DNA of 64,000 nucleotides, taken from the NCBI GenBank assembly GCA_036677065.1, contig JAKFBS010000002.1, positions 768,001 through 832,000 on the forward strand, read 5' to 3'. Below, one piece after another: positions 18,284-29,000 of the stretch. A program made the position numbers and the translations under genes. Position 1 is the stretch's first letter, and each line of letters begins with the position of its first letter. The notes beneath the pieces were generated by a model. It searched no databases, was not told the DNA's origin, and saw only the letters and a list, made by a program, of their open reading frames with translations. This DNA is from Bdellovibrio sp. Lineage in GTDB: Bacteria; Bdellovibrionota; Bdellovibrionia; Bdellovibrionales; Bdellovibrionaceae.

Positions 18284-21097
18284 TTATTGCATCGGTGTAA
18301 GTTCTCTTGCGATTTCTTCCTTGAGGTAAGCTTCGATAACGTCGCCCACTTTTAGATCGTTGAAATTCTCGATGCCAATACCGCATTCAAATCCTTCTTG
18401 AACTTCTTTAGCATCGTCTTTGAAACGTTTAAGAGAAGAAACTTTACCTTCGTAAACAATCTTACCTTCACGCACCAAACGTAACATATTTGAACGTTGA
18501 ATTTTTCCAGACGTTACGAAACAACCTGCAATCATGCCGATTTTCGGAACGGTGAAAGTATTTCTAACTTCGGCTGAACCAACAGCTTTTTCAACGATTT
18601 GCGGAGCAAGTAAACCTTGCATCGCTTTTTTGATGTCATCCATCATTTCGTAAACAATCGTGTAGCTTCTGATGTCTACGCCGATTTGCTTAGCTTTGGC
18701 TTGCGCATTAGTATCAGGTCTAACGTTAAAACCGATCACGATACCTTTTGAAGTATGTGCTAGTAATACGTCATTTTCATTTACTCCGCCTACGCCAGAG
18801 TGAATTACTTTAGTTTTAACTTCCATAGAATTGGCTTTCGCAAGCATTCCTTGAATAGCTTCTAAAGAACCCTGAACGTCAGCTTTTAAAACGATGTTTA
18901 AATCTTTAACATCACCTTGAGTTACACGAGAGAATAAATCTTCAAGAGTCATTTTCTTGTGGAATTCTTTTTCTTTAAGAGTTTTATCTTTTCTGATTTG
19001 AACAACTTCTTCAGCTGTTTTTTCATCTTTCACAACGTCGAAGCGATCGCCCGCTGCAGGAACTCCATCAAGACCTAAGATTTCTGCCGGCATACCTGGC
19101 AACACTTCATCAATGCGCTCGCCTTTATCGTTGATTAACGATTTCACGCGGCCTTTCATTGAACCTGCTACGATGTACTGACCCACTTTAACGTGACCAT
19201 CTTTTACTAAGATAGTGGCTACAGGGCCTTTGCCTTTTTCAAGTTTGGCTTCAATAACTAATCCAGAACCAGAGTTTTTAGGATTAGCTTTTAACTCAGC
19301 CACTTCGGCTAATAGTTTAATATTTTCTAATAATTTATCGATACCAGTATGTTTCAATGCCGACACTTCAACAAAGATCGTATTACCGCCCCATTCTTCG
19401 GGAACGATTTCAAGCTCTGTTAATTGCTGTTTGATACGGTCTGGATTAGCCCCTGGCTTATCCATTTTATTAACGGCAACGATCATCGGAACACCCGCAG
19501 CTTTAGCGTGATTAATCGCTTCTGCAGTTTGTGGCATCATACCATCATCTGCAGCAACTACGATAATCGCAATATCAGTTGCATTGGCACCACGCGCACG
19601 CATTGCTGTGAACGCTTCATGGCCCGGAGTATCTAAGAATGTAATTAAAGATCCATCTGGAGCTGTTACTGAATACGCACCGATATGCTGAGTAATACCA
19701 CCGGCTTCGCCAGCAGCAACTTTTGCAGAACGGATAGCATCTAATAATGATGTTTTACCGTGATCGACGTGACCCATTACAGTCACAACCGGTGGACGGA
19801 TAATCACATCAGCTTCATCACCACTGAATGCTTTTTCAAGAACAACATCTTCAGCAGATTTGAATACGTTTTCTGCTTCCCAGCCGAAATCTCCGACAGT
19901 TAATGCAACTGTATCGAAATCTAAGTCAGTGTTCACATTGGCCATCACGCCATTTTTCATTAACACTTTAACTAGCTGAGCGGCTTTTAAGCCCATCTCT
20001 GCAGCCATATCACCTAATTTAATTTTTCCGTTAACTTTTAAAACACGTTTAGAAGCTTTAGGTTTCGTAATTTGAGTTTTTAAAGCCTCACGGTTTAACA
20101 CGGCTAATTTTTTCTTAGGTTGGAAAACCATTTCACGCTTACGGAATTCAACAGCATTGAAGCTTGATACAAGTGATTCTTGTTCTTTTTCTTTAGCCGA
20201 GATTCCAGTTGCTTGTGAGAACGTGCGCGATTTTTTATCACGATCACGTCTTGTATCTTCAGTAAAATTCGGAGTTGGCGCATCAGGAATAGTTTGTTGA
20301 GCTACGAAGCCCGGACGAATATTTCTTGCACTGCTTGGACCACCAGGACGAGGAGTAAATCCACCGCCACCGCCGCCACCTGGGCTGCGTTGAAATCCGC
20401 CACCCTGTGGGCGATTTCCTTGATATCCACCCGTGTTTGTTGCGCCCGGAGGAGCTTGAACACGGCTTAAATCCATACGACCGATAATATTTCTTCTAGA
20501 GGCAACTGCAGTAGAGCTTGCAACACCGCTATCACCGATAGCGACTTCTTTTTTACGCGCAACAACCGGGGCTGCAGGTGCAGCTGGTGCAGCCGGAGCC
20601 GCTGGCGCTACTGGAGGAGCCACTGGAGCTGCTGCTGCAACTTCAGGTTTTGGCTCAGCTTTAACTTCAGCCACCACAGGTGTTGGCGCTGCTGGAGCTT
20701 CGACTTCTGCAACTTCAGGAGCTTCTTCAGGTTTTGAAATCACGCGTGCTTTGATTTCAACAGCTGGTTCAGCTTCTTTTGTTTTACGCCGAATAACATT
20801 TGCTTTTGGCGCTTCCGCCGCCGGAGCTTCAACTGAGGCGGCTGCTTTTTTAGCCGCTTTTGGCGCTGCCGCAGCTTTAGGAGCAGCGGCTTTTCTAGTC
20901 GCTGCCTTTTTTGGTTTTTCATCTGTCGCAGACTCAGCCGGAGCAGAAAGTTTAGCCTTTAATGTGGCTAACACTTCAGGCTCTAGTTCAGCCATGTGAT
21001 TTTTAATCGGTAAATGCCATTCTTTGATTTTGTCCATCAAAGCTAATGGGGTCATCCCGACTTCTTTTGCGAATTCAAAAACTTTTGGATTACTCAC
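18284..21097 (-). CDS. infB: Translation initiation factor IF-2
   Basis: [28 protein letters not shown]; low-complexity N-terminus. Confidence 0.99.
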   Translation of the reverse strand: MSNPKVFEFAKEVGMTPLALMDKIKEWHLPIKNHMAELEPEVLATLKAKLSAPAESATDEKPKKAATRKAAAPKAAAAPKAAKKAAASVEAPAAEAPKANVIRRKTKEAEPAVEIKARVISKPEEAPEVAEVEAPAAPTPVVAEVKAEPKPEVAAAAPVAPPVAPAAPAAPAAPAAPVVARKKEVAIGDSGVASSTAVASRRNIIGRMDLSRVQAPPGATNTGGYQGNRPQGGGFQRSPGGGGGGGFTPRPGGPSSARNIRPGFVAQQTIPDAPTPNFTEDTRRDRDKKSRTFSQATGISAKEKEQESLVSSFNAVEFRKREMVFQPKKKLAVLNREALKTQITKPKASKRVLKVNGKIKLGDMAAEMGLKAAQLVKVLMKNGVMANVNTDLDFDTVALTVGDFGWEAENVFKSAEDVVLEKAFSGDEADVIIRPPVVTVMGHVDHGKTSLLDAIRSAKVAAGEAGGITQHIGAYSVTAPDGSLITFLDTPGHEAFTAMRARGANATDIAIIVVAADDGMMPQTAEAINHAKAAGVPMIVAVNKMDKPGANPDRIKQQLTELEIVPEEWGGNTIFVEVSALKHTGIDKLLENIKLLAEVAELKANPKNSGSGLVIEAKLEKGKGPVATILVKDGHVKVGQYIVAGSMKGRVKSLINDKGERIDEVLPGMPAEILGLDGVPAAGDRFDVVKDEKTAEEVVQIRKDKTLKEKEFHKKMTLEDLFSRVTQGDVKDLNIVLKADVQGSLEAIQGMLAKANSMEVKTKVIHSGVGGVNENDVLLAHTSKGIVIGFNVRPDTNAQAKAKQIGVDIRSYTIVYEMMDDIKKAMQGLLAPQIVEKAVGSAEVRNTFTVPKIGMIAGCFVTSGKIQRSNMLRLVREGKIVYEGKVSSLKRFKDDAKEVQEGFECGIGIENFNDLKVGDVIEAYLKEEIARELTPMQ

Positions 21098-21129
21098 GCG
21101 TAAATACCTTTTTTCTTCTTAACGAGAAC

Positions 21130-22524
21130 CTAGTTCTCGTCCGATTTTAGCTTAGATAATTCAGCTTTTAACTGATCTTCTGCTCTTTGTTTAACCGATG
21201 ATCCGGCTTCTTTAGCAGCTTGTAATTGTGGTGAAGTCGGAACAGGTAAACCTTGTTCTTTGTACTTCTCAATTAAGGCTGCAGCATCAGAAATTAACTT
21301 CTGAGCTTTGTCTTGGTCTTCGTAACCAGGAATTGTCATAATTTCTTCAGCAGATGCTTTTGCTAAAGATTGGAAAGATCCGAAACCTGATTGTAAAATA
21401 TTTTGCGCCATCGTTTCGTTCATACCTGGTAATAACATCAAGTTGAAAATCGACTCAGCCGTACGAGATTGTACAGAAGTCGTAGAAATAATATCTAATT
21501 TCCAACCAGTTAATTTTGCCGCTAAACGAACGTTTTGGCCTTTTTTACCGATAGCTAAAGATAACTGAGAATCCGGAACAACGATTTCCATCTCTTTATT
21601 TTCTTCATCTAAGTAAACTTTAGCAATTTCAGCAGGAGCTAAAGCATTACATGCAAAGCGTGTAACATCTTCGTCCCATAAAACGATATCGATTTTTTCG
21701 CCACGTAATTCCTGAACGATATTTTGAACGCGTGAACCTTTCATACCAACACAAGCTCCCACTGGGTCTACTGAGTTGTCATTTGAACGAACGGCGATTT
21801 TTGCACGTTGTCCCGGTTCACGAGCCGCTGACATAATTTCAACGATGTCGTCATAAATTTCTGGAACTTCCATTTCGAATAATTTAACTAAATAACGTGA
21901 ATCTGCACGCGACATGATAATTTGTGGGCCACGTGTTGTTTGACGAACTTCAGATAAATAACCTTGAATACGATCACCTGGTTTGAAAATTTCGCCAGGA
22001 ATTTGTTCACGCGGTGGAATGTGGGCTTCAGTGCGGCCTAAGTCTACAACGATCGCGCCTTTTTCAACACGACGTGCGATACCAGAAGCTACTTCACCTT
22101 TACGCTCTTCAAATTCAGAGAAAATGATTTCGCGTTCAGCATCACGTACTTTTTGTAAAATAATTTGTTTAGCAGTTTGAGCTGCAATACGACCCAAATC
22201 GCCAGATTCTAATTTAATACCGATTGAATCGTCTAATTGAGCACCTGGATCAAGTTTTAAAGCTTCATCAAGAGGAATTTCAACTTCTTCATCGATAAAT
22301 TTTTCGCGTAAAACTACTTCTTTAAATTCGTAAAGTTCAACTTCACCAGTCTCTTCGTTATATTGCGCTTCAATTTCACGGTAAGTACCGTATTTTTTTC
22401 TAGCAGCAACAAGCATCGCTTGTTTAACAGCATCAACGATAACAGCTTTATCGATACCTTTGTCTTTTCCAACTTGGTCGATAACTTTTGATAGATCGTT
22501 TATGTTTAGTACATTTTCTGCCAT
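21130..22524 (-). CDS. nusA: Transcription factor NusA
   Basis: GRIAAQTAKQ, S1 and KH domains (VDPVGACVGMKGSRV, AIGKKGQNVRLA). Confidence 0.99.
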   Translation of the reverse strand: MAENVLNINDLSKVIDQVGKDKGIDKAVIVDAVKQAMLVAARKKYGTYREIEAQYNEETGEVELYEFKEVVLREKFIDEEVEIPLDEALKLDPGAQLDDSIGIKLESGDLGRIAAQTAKQIILQKVRDAEREIIFSEFEERKGEVASGIARRVEKGAIVVDLGRTEAHIPPREQIPGEIFKPGDRIQGYLSEVRQTTRGPQIIMSRADSRYLVKLFEMEVPEIYDDIVEIMSAAREPGQRAKIAVRSNDNSVDPVGACVGMKGSRVQNIVQELRGEKIDIVLWDEDVTRFACNALAPAEIAKVYLDEENKEMEIVVPDSQLSLAIGKKGQNVRLAAKLTGWKLDIISTTSVQSRTAESIFNLMLLPGMNETMAQNILQSGFGSFQSLAKASAEEIMTIPGYEDQDKAQKLISDAAALIEKYKEQGLPVPTSPQLQAAKEAGSSVKQRAEDQLKAELSKLKSDEN

Positions 22525-22559
22525 AGTAACCCTCTCTATTTACGCCTAAGAATAGTTAA

Positions 22560-23147
22560 TTAAAACTTCTTCTTAGTACCTTTTGTATTCTCTTTAAAAT
22601 CAAAAACTAATTTTGCCTTTTGAACTAAGTTCAATGGCACTTTTAAAGTTTCCTGTCTGAAGTCGAAAACTAAATTTTCGCCATCAACAGCTTTTAAAAC
22701 TTCTTCGAACTTTTTTGTCAGTTGAATCGCTTTTTCTTGGGCCCCTAAAGAACCTAAATTTTGATCCATCTGAACAAAAATCTTTTTACCCACCACTTTT
22801 TCAAAGTGATATTTGGTTTTTAACTGACGATCTAAACCAGGGCTTGATACTTCTAAACTGTAAGCTCCGCCGGGAACGATCTCTGGGCCACCTTCAACAT
22901 CAAGAACTTCATTTAATGCCCGCGCCACGTTCGAACAATCTTCGATACCCACGCCTGTTGTTACAGTGCCGTCTTCATGTGTTGTTGTAGTTTGCTTATC
23001 AATAAAGATTCTAAGAACACGAGCGTTACCAGAACCGGATACTTCGACATCATAAAGTTCACACCCTTGTTTTTGGGCGATGTCGCTCACTATAGTTTCA
23101 ATTTTTTTTACCCAAGGCTCTTGCGAGCTAGTGTTCTTTTGTTCCAA
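22560..23147 (-). CDS. rimP: Ribosome maturation factor RimP
   Basis: LRIFID, IEDC, YSLEVSSPGLDR; TTG start after an AAGGA SD. Confidence 0.96.
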   Translation of the reverse strand: MEQKNTSSQEPWVKKIETIVSDIAQKQGCELYDVEVSGSGNARVLRIFIDKQTTTTHEDGTVTTGVGIEDCSNVARALNEVLDVEGGPEIVPGGAYSLEVSSPGLDRQLKTKYHFEKVVGKKIFVQMDQNLGSLGAQEKAIQLTKKFEEVLKAVDGENLVFDFRQETLKVPLNLVQKAKLVFDFKENTKGTKKKF

Positions 23148-23182
23148 CTAACGTTTCCTTATATTAACTTTTACGACCCCTT

Positions 23183-23212
23183 AAAAACAAAAAAGACCTC
23201 AAAGGGTCTTTT
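23183..23212 (-). terminator. Second terminator-like hairpin in the rimP leader
   Basis: Minus strand AAAAGACC-CTTTGA-GGTCTTTT followed by TTGTTTTT. Confidence 0.6.
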
Positions 23213-23242
23213 CGTAACCATCCATTAAAGATGGCTGAGGCC

Positions 23243-23271
23243 AAAAAAAATTGGGCTTTAAGGGCCCAATT
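23243..23271 (-). promoter_or_regulatory. rimP-leader attenuator hairpin
   Basis: AATTGGGC-CCTTAAA-GCCCAATTTTTTTT, the GGGC..GCCC terminator pattern typical upstream of rimP-nusA-infB. Confidence 0.75.
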
Positions 23272-23279
23272 CAGACTCA

Positions 23280-23308
23280 AAGCTATCAAATGATTGTCAG
23301 ATTGGCAA
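23280..23308 (-). promoter_or_regulatory. sigma70-type promoter of the rimP operon
   Basis: TTGCCA-17 nt-TAGCTT with TG extension, just upstream of the leader hairpin. Confidence 0.55.
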
Positions 23309-23309
23309 T

Positions 23310-23762
23310 CTATATATGTTCAGCATATTGGAAAGTCAGAGCATCAGAGCGATCTAGATAGTAAGCTTTACGAGTTCCGATTTGTTTAAAGCCTGATTTC
23401 TTATATAAGCTAATTGCAGACAGGTTTTGGCTGTGAACCTCTAGTAACAATGGTTTGGACGCCTTGCGACTATTGTCCTGTAATTCGCGCAAAAGCAGGC
23501 TCATAACGTTTTTACGACGGGCCCAGCGTGCCGTGCCCAGCGCCATAATCTCGTAACAGTCTTCATTATTACGGTAAGCAATGAACCCACAAATCCGATT
23601 ATCATCATCACGACAGATCAGAAATGCTGACATCACCAGCTCAATTTGGATGTTTTCCATGGGCCAATTGAATTCGGCCTTGTTTGGAACCGAGTCATAA
23701 ACTTCGAAAAATAACTCGGTAAGCTCTTTATATTCCGAAGCGGATGCGACTTTTAAAGTCAT
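23310..23762 (-). CDS. GNAT acetyltransferase, RimI-like
   Basis: LEVHSQNLSAISLYKKSGF..IGTRKAYY...DA. Confidence 0.85.
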   Translation of the reverse strand: MTLKVASASEYKELTELFFEVYDSVPNKAEFNWPMENIQIELVMSAFLICRDDDNRICGFIAYRNNEDCYEIMALGTARWARRKNVMSLLLRELQDNSRKASKPLLLEVHSQNLSAISLYKKSGFKQIGTRKAYYLDRSDALTFQYAEHI

Positions 23763-24249
23763 TTGATTTCCACCCTAGCGAGTATTTACGTTTTAAAACC
23801 ACTAGCCAGGCAATGATCGCCTGGCGATTTTGCAGTTGGCGTTCCTTGATCGTTACGATCTCGGCCACGCGAAACATTCTTTGAATTTCGTTTTTTACAG
23901 CTTCTGCTTTTTTGCCATTATCTGGATATTTATAGCTCTGCATATAGCGTTCAACGATTTTAGGATCCGCCTGGATATCCAATTGATCGGCTTCACGCAA
24001 AGCTAAACTGCTGAATAGGTAAAACTCGGCACTGTCTTCAAATGATTTTAATACGGCAGGAGAAAAAAAGCGCTCCATTGATTTTGCGACATCTTCAAAA
24101 ATTTTAAAATCGTAATTAGTGCGGCCATCACCGTTCATATCAAAAAGAAGCTCATCGACTGTGACAATACCAGCACTTGGTTTTTGCACGGCGTGCGCGA
24201 ACTGAACGGAAATCAAAATAAATGAAACTAAAAATAAACGAATCAACAT
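23728..24249 (-). CDS. Secreted helical hypothetical protein
   Basis: Signal peptide (..QFAHA); TGCTATAAT box 6 nt upstream of the ATG. Confidence 0.65.
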   Translation of the reverse strand: MLIRLFLVSFILISVQFAHAVQKPSAGIVTVDELLFDMNGDGRTNYDFKIFEDVAKSMERFFSPAVLKSFEDSAEFYLFSSLALREADQLDIQADPKIVERYMQSYKYPDNGKKAEAVKNEIQRMFRVAEIVTIKERQLQNRQAIIAWLVVLKRKYSLGWKSNDFKSRIRFGI

Positions 24250-24326
24250 GTCGATATTATAGCATTAAAATTACTTTAAAAAATCTAAAACTAGATCTTT
24301 ACGCTTCATTTCATCAACAGGCCTAT

Positions 24327-24360
24327 AAAAACAAAACCCACATCTCAGATAAGATGTGGG
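24327..24360 (-). terminator. Intrinsic terminator after the beta-barrel gene
   Basis: CCCACATCT-TATCTG-AGATGTGGG followed by TTTTGTTTTT. Confidence 0.85.
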
Positions 24361-24391
24361 CCATAAGATTCAGGTAGTTTGTCTTAGTAAC

Positions 24392-25522
24392 TTAGAAATT
24401 AACGCGGGCGAATAAACCCGTTGTGAAGTATTGCAATTGCTCAACCGGAGTTGAACCTGCTGCAGTAGCTCCGCTGATTTTGTTCGACATATTGTACATG
24501 TACTTCATGTCAAAACCTGCAGACATTTTGTCGTTAAATTCTAAATCAATACCAGCGATTAAACCTAAGTCGATCGCATGTGATGTTCCGAATTCAGTTC
24601 CTGCTGCACCGTAAGCCGTGTTGTTATTAGCAACGTATTCTCTGTATGAATAGGCGATTAAACCACCAACTACTGGACGAACAAAACCGCCAATTAATTG
24701 GTACTTAGTTGAAATGATACCTTGGTATTGGTTCATATCAAAGTTAGCTGAACGAGTGTAAAACCCATCAACGTACTTAGCGTTTAAAGTGTAATTAGAA
24801 TATAAAAATGACCCTTCAACTAAGAAGTAGTCAAAACGTGTACCGAAACCAGCACCTAATGCATAGTTGCCTTTGACTGCATCTACATCAGGGTATTGGC
24901 CAATCGCTGCAGTGGCTGTGAAGTACTTTTGTTCTAAAGAAGGCATGATAGCTTTATCATCTTCAGTTAACGCGGCACGAACTTCTTCACGAACTGCATC
25001 GCGAGTTAAAGTTTCGTTTTGGTTAATAATGATAGGCTGAACTTGAGAAGATGGTGCTTCTACCGGAGCAACTTGTTGAACTTGAACAGGTTGTACTGGT
25101 TGAGCTTGTTGATTTTGAAGAGCATCAAACTTATCACCGAATAAAATCGATGCGCGTTTTTTCTCGTCTTCCATACGGCTTTGCTCAAGCTTTTCAACGA
25201 TTTTTGATTCAGTTCTTAATTCTTCTTCTTGGCGACCACGGCGGATGCTATCTGCACGTGAGTTGCTTAAAGGCGAACCTTCAACTGTCGTCTCTGGCTG
25301 TTTTTGCACCGCTGGTAGCGATTGCTGTGGCACCACAACTGTTTGTGTAACAACAGCGCCAGTAGACGCGTTAGTGTCTGCTTTTGGTGCGTTGTACATC
25401 TGTTCGATTTCTGAATCGACTTCAGCATTTAATTCATTAGCTGCAGACGATTGAGCTTTTGCCATTTCTGCAAACATTAGGTTCGCTAAAATCGCAGCGG
25501 CGATGGTTAATGATAGTTTCAT
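24392..25522 (-). CDS. Outer-membrane beta-barrel protein with long N-terminal coiled-coil/Gln-rich extension
   Basis: Signal peptide; charged helix (EEELRTESKIVEKLEQSRMEDEKKR); C-terminal OmpA/OmpW-like strands ending ..ARVNF. Confidence 0.8.
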   Translation of the reverse strand: MKLSLTIAAAILANLMFAEMAKAQSSAANELNAEVDSEIEQMYNAPKADTNASTGAVVTQTVVVPQQSLPAVQKQPETTVEGSPLSNSRADSIRRGRQEEELRTESKIVEKLEQSRMEDEKKRASILFGDKFDALQNQQAQPVQPVQVQQVAPVEAPSSQVQPIIINQNETLTRDAVREEVRAALTEDDKAIMPSLEQKYFTATAAIGQYPDVDAVKGNYALGAGFGTRFDYFLVEGSFLYSNYTLNAKYVDGFYTRSANFDMNQYQGIISTKYQLIGGFVRPVVGGLIAYSYREYVANNNTAYGAAGTEFGTSHAIDLGLIAGIDLEFNDKMSAGFDMKYMYNMSNKISGATAAGSTPVEQLQYFTTGLFARVNF

Positions 25523-25578
25523 ATATACTCCCCTGATCTTTTTTTTAACTCTGTCTTTTTACTACAGAGAATCAAATT

Positions 25579-25595
25579 AGCAACCTAAGTGCCAA
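25579..25595 (-). promoter_or_regulatory. sigma54 (-24/-12) promoter for the beta-barrel gene
   Basis: TTGGCAC-TTAGG-TTGCT matches TGGCAC-N5-TTGCW exactly, about 57 nt upstream of the ATG. Confidence 0.75.
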
Positions 25596-25796
25596 TAAAT
25601 GTAGCTTTTTCCAAACTGCTGACAATTATTGTAACTGCTTGGAAGCATTGGTTTTTCTCTATGGCGGCTCAATATTTAGGTGTTTAGCTCAATTGAAAGA
25701 AGGTGACGATGATTCGGTCATCCTTGAAAAAAATACTTGAACAGCATGCCTTGGTGCCATTAAGTTAGAACATCTTAATGTCTATATATTGTCGGT

Positions 25797-25883
25797 GGCT
25801 CGGTGATGAAATTGGTAGACTTGCTAGACTCAAAATCTTGTGGGAGCAATCCCGTGTCGGTTCGATTCCGACCCGAGCCACCA
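25797..25883 (+). tRNA. tRNA-Leu (CAA)
   Basis: Acceptor GGCTCGG/CCGAGCC, anticodon loop CT-CAA-AA, long variable arm TGGGA-GCAA-TCCCG, T arm GTCGG-TTCGATT-CCGAC, discriminator A, encoded CCA. Confidence 0.96.
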
Positions 25884-25905
25884 AATTTCCTACTTTTGCT
25901 TCAAT

Positions 25906-25936
25906 AAAAAAAGACGGCTCTTTGTAGAGCCGTCTT
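25906..25936. terminator. Terminator hairpin between the tRNA and the convergent LVIVD gene
   Basis: AAGACGGCTCT-TTGT-AGAGCCGTCTT; the strong T-tract is on the minus strand. Confidence 0.8.
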
Positions 25937-26069
25937 AGTGTGAAGAACGCCGTTGATTGCGTCATTTGAATGTACTTTCAGTATCGGTTAAGAAAAAAGA
26001 ATTGAAAGACCGCTGGACCTAGTTTCTGCTTACTCAGCTCTGCCGAGTAACCAAAAATTTATTTTGCTG

Positions 26070-29000
26070 TTATTGGCCGACTTGAACCCAATTAGTGCCA
26101 TCGCAATATTTATACACATTAGAGACGCTGTTATAGTCTAAGGCGCCGGGTTTTCCGGTAGGCGACGAACAACCCGGCCCGGCGGCTCCGCCCAATGGCG
26201 ACATCGAGTAATAGTTGTTCTCTGAACAAAACTTTAAAACGTTATTAACTGTATCGTAATCCATAAGTCGCTCAGTGCTACAAGTACCTACTATTAGAGG
26301 AGGGGTAATATCAAACACCGAAGACGAGGACAAAGCAGAGTCTGTGGTAAACAATTTATTTCCCACAAGTTTAGTAAAATAACGAGCCGTACTCTGCACA
26401 GATAAAGTATCAATGATTTTTGGCGCTGACGCTACACTCACGTCAACCATGGTCACGTAGTTATTATTAACCACAATCACATTGGTTCCAGAAACTACCA
26501 CATCATAAATTGTTCCCCCAAAAGATGTCGTATTTTGCAGGGAACCCGCTAAAGTCATTGATGCCGGATTAGTAATATCAATCACATTAAAATAACCATT
26601 GGTTGTTCCAACCATGTAAGCGTAATTATTAGATGCCGCTAACTCGATATTTCTACAACCGGCAAACTTCGTTGTATCCTGCAATGAGTTTGAAATAGCC
26701 AATAAAGACTTATTAGAAATATCAATATTGGTAATTCGCGAATTTGCCGAAGCACAGGTAAAGGCATTGTTGCCAGAAATAGCGAAACCCTGTGGGGATG
26801 ACAAATAGGTGGAATCGGCAATTCCATCCTTTTGAACCGGCGTGGTGGCGCTAGTCACATCATAAACCATAAAGCCACCACCGGTTCCGTAAAGGTAATT
26901 GCCTTCTACTCTCATAAATTGTGTATTTTGCAATTCAGAAAATTTTGAAATCGTCGCCACTTTCTTCGGCGCAGCGGGATTAGAAATATCAAAGACCATA
27001 GCTCCATATGTAGCGCTTCCGGCGATATAGGCATAATTTCCAGAAATCGTGATATCATAAGGTGCAGTGTAAAAATACTGCGAATCGCCAAAAAAAGTTG
27101 AACTAACTAGTGTGGCACTGGCCACGTTTGAGATATCAAAAATATTTAAATAACGATTTCCAGTAGAAAAATAAGCGTAATTACCGACAATATCTACTCC
27201 ACGCACAGAGTTTAACGCTGTGGCGCCACCAAAACGACGAGGCAACCCCAGCAAAGATAACGATTGTGTACTGCCCACATTGATTCCACCTTGCACAAAA
27301 CTAAGAACTCGATTTCCAACAAGCACAGATTCCTCAATATAACTATCTATTGGTGTACTATAGACCGATACCGGCTGCAAGGGATCGAAAATATCTAAAG
27401 TGTACATAGATCCATCGCTGCGACAGAAAATACGGCTGGGATCGCCCGTATTAGCAAGGACTGTACAATAATAACCCGACGAATAAACCCCAGCAAAGCT
27501 CGGAGATGCTGGATTAGAAACATCAAGCATCAACAGATTGTAAGTTCCTCTGGCAATATAAGCGATATTATTTGCAACGACCATCGAATCTGTAAGCATG
27601 CCCGTTGTGATATAAGCGCTGTTCGTGTAGGTGCCGACAATTGCAGGTGCTGTGGGAGTTGATATATCCACAACAACAAATGAATTCGTCGTACCGCAAG
27701 TCATATAAAGATAATTACCCTGCATCTCCATATCATTACATAAGCTTATTAAAGCATGCGTAAGACTGGTCACGTGCACAGGGTTAGCTCCTGAAATATC
27801 CAAAACAGAAAGTTTATTTCCTCCAACAAAAGCATAATTTCCTGAAACTCTGATCGTCTTAGCCGAAGCCAGATTCGTAGCATCTGCTAAATACCCGCTG
27901 ATGGTAGGCGATGTCGGCGTGCTCACGCTGACAGCGGTAATATATCCGCTTCCTATAGTAAAAACTCTGGTACCTGAAACCACATTTCGTTGTGCTGTAT
28001 TTAATTTGGTGGCATCAGTCAAAACACTGACCACCGCAGGGCTTGCAGGCGTTGATATATCAATACTTAAAAATTTACCAATGGAAGTAACATAGGCATA
28101 ATTGCCAGACCCTGAAATTCCACCGACAGTTCCGATCTGATTTGGCCCTTGCGAAAAATTTTGCAACACCGGCGGAGCTGACGCTGTATAAGAACGAAAC
28201 CCTGTTCCAGTGCCTGTGTATAAATAGCCGCCAGATATATCTAAGCCGGAGTAGCCATCGCTAGTTATGTAAGACTGAAAAGTCGGTGAAGCCGGAGATG
28301 TAATACTGACTGCACTGAAACGACTGCCAAGCACGTAAGCTATACTTCCACTGATCTTAACACGTTTTGCATTCGACAAATTTGTTGCATCTAATAAAGA
28401 ACTCGCGACAACTGGAGCTGAAATAGTTGAAATATCGATTGCCGTCAGACGGTTAGTTGCTGCCACATAGGCATAGTTTCCTAATACATCAAGATCTGCA
28501 GCACCGGCCAAAGCTGTCGCATCGACAACATTGCCAACAATTGTTGGCGCAGCTTTGTTTGTCACGTCGACAATGGTTAACTTTGTTCCAGTGGCTTCTG
28601 GAACAAAAACATAATTGCCAGAAACTTTTAAATATCTCAGGGTACCAGTAATTGCCGCAGTACCCACCACCGTTGGATTTGTTTTATTAGTTACATCGAC
28701 AATAGTAAGACCACCACTTCTAACCACATAAACATAATTTCCATCAACCTCGATACCATACGCCTGACCTAAATTACTTGATGTCACTGTTCCCACGATT
28801 TGGGGATAATCAGGATTACTGGCCACATCGACCACAAACACGCGCTGCGAATTCACTTCAGAGATATAGGCATAACTTCCATCAAAAGCCACACCTTGTG
28901 AATATCGGTTTGTATAGCCTGGCATATAGGCTATACCCTTAGCTACGATACTGGCCGGATTTGTCACATCGAAAGTGTACATCACTTCACTACTATCGAT

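Noticed and set aside
20330..20950. GC-rich Ala/Pro/Gly repeats in infB
   Set aside because: Ordinary low-complexity IF-2 N-terminal linker
18249..21129. Absence of small genes (ylxR, DUF503) around infB, and ribF located away from truB
   Set aside because: Ordinary lineage-level variation in this operon
25744..25759. Second possible sigma54 site TGGCACCAAGGCATGC
   Set aside because: GG-to-GC spacing is one base too long for sigma54
25765..25965. 66-aa minus-strand ORF
   Set aside because: It is the antisense reading of the tRNA-Leu gene and its terminator
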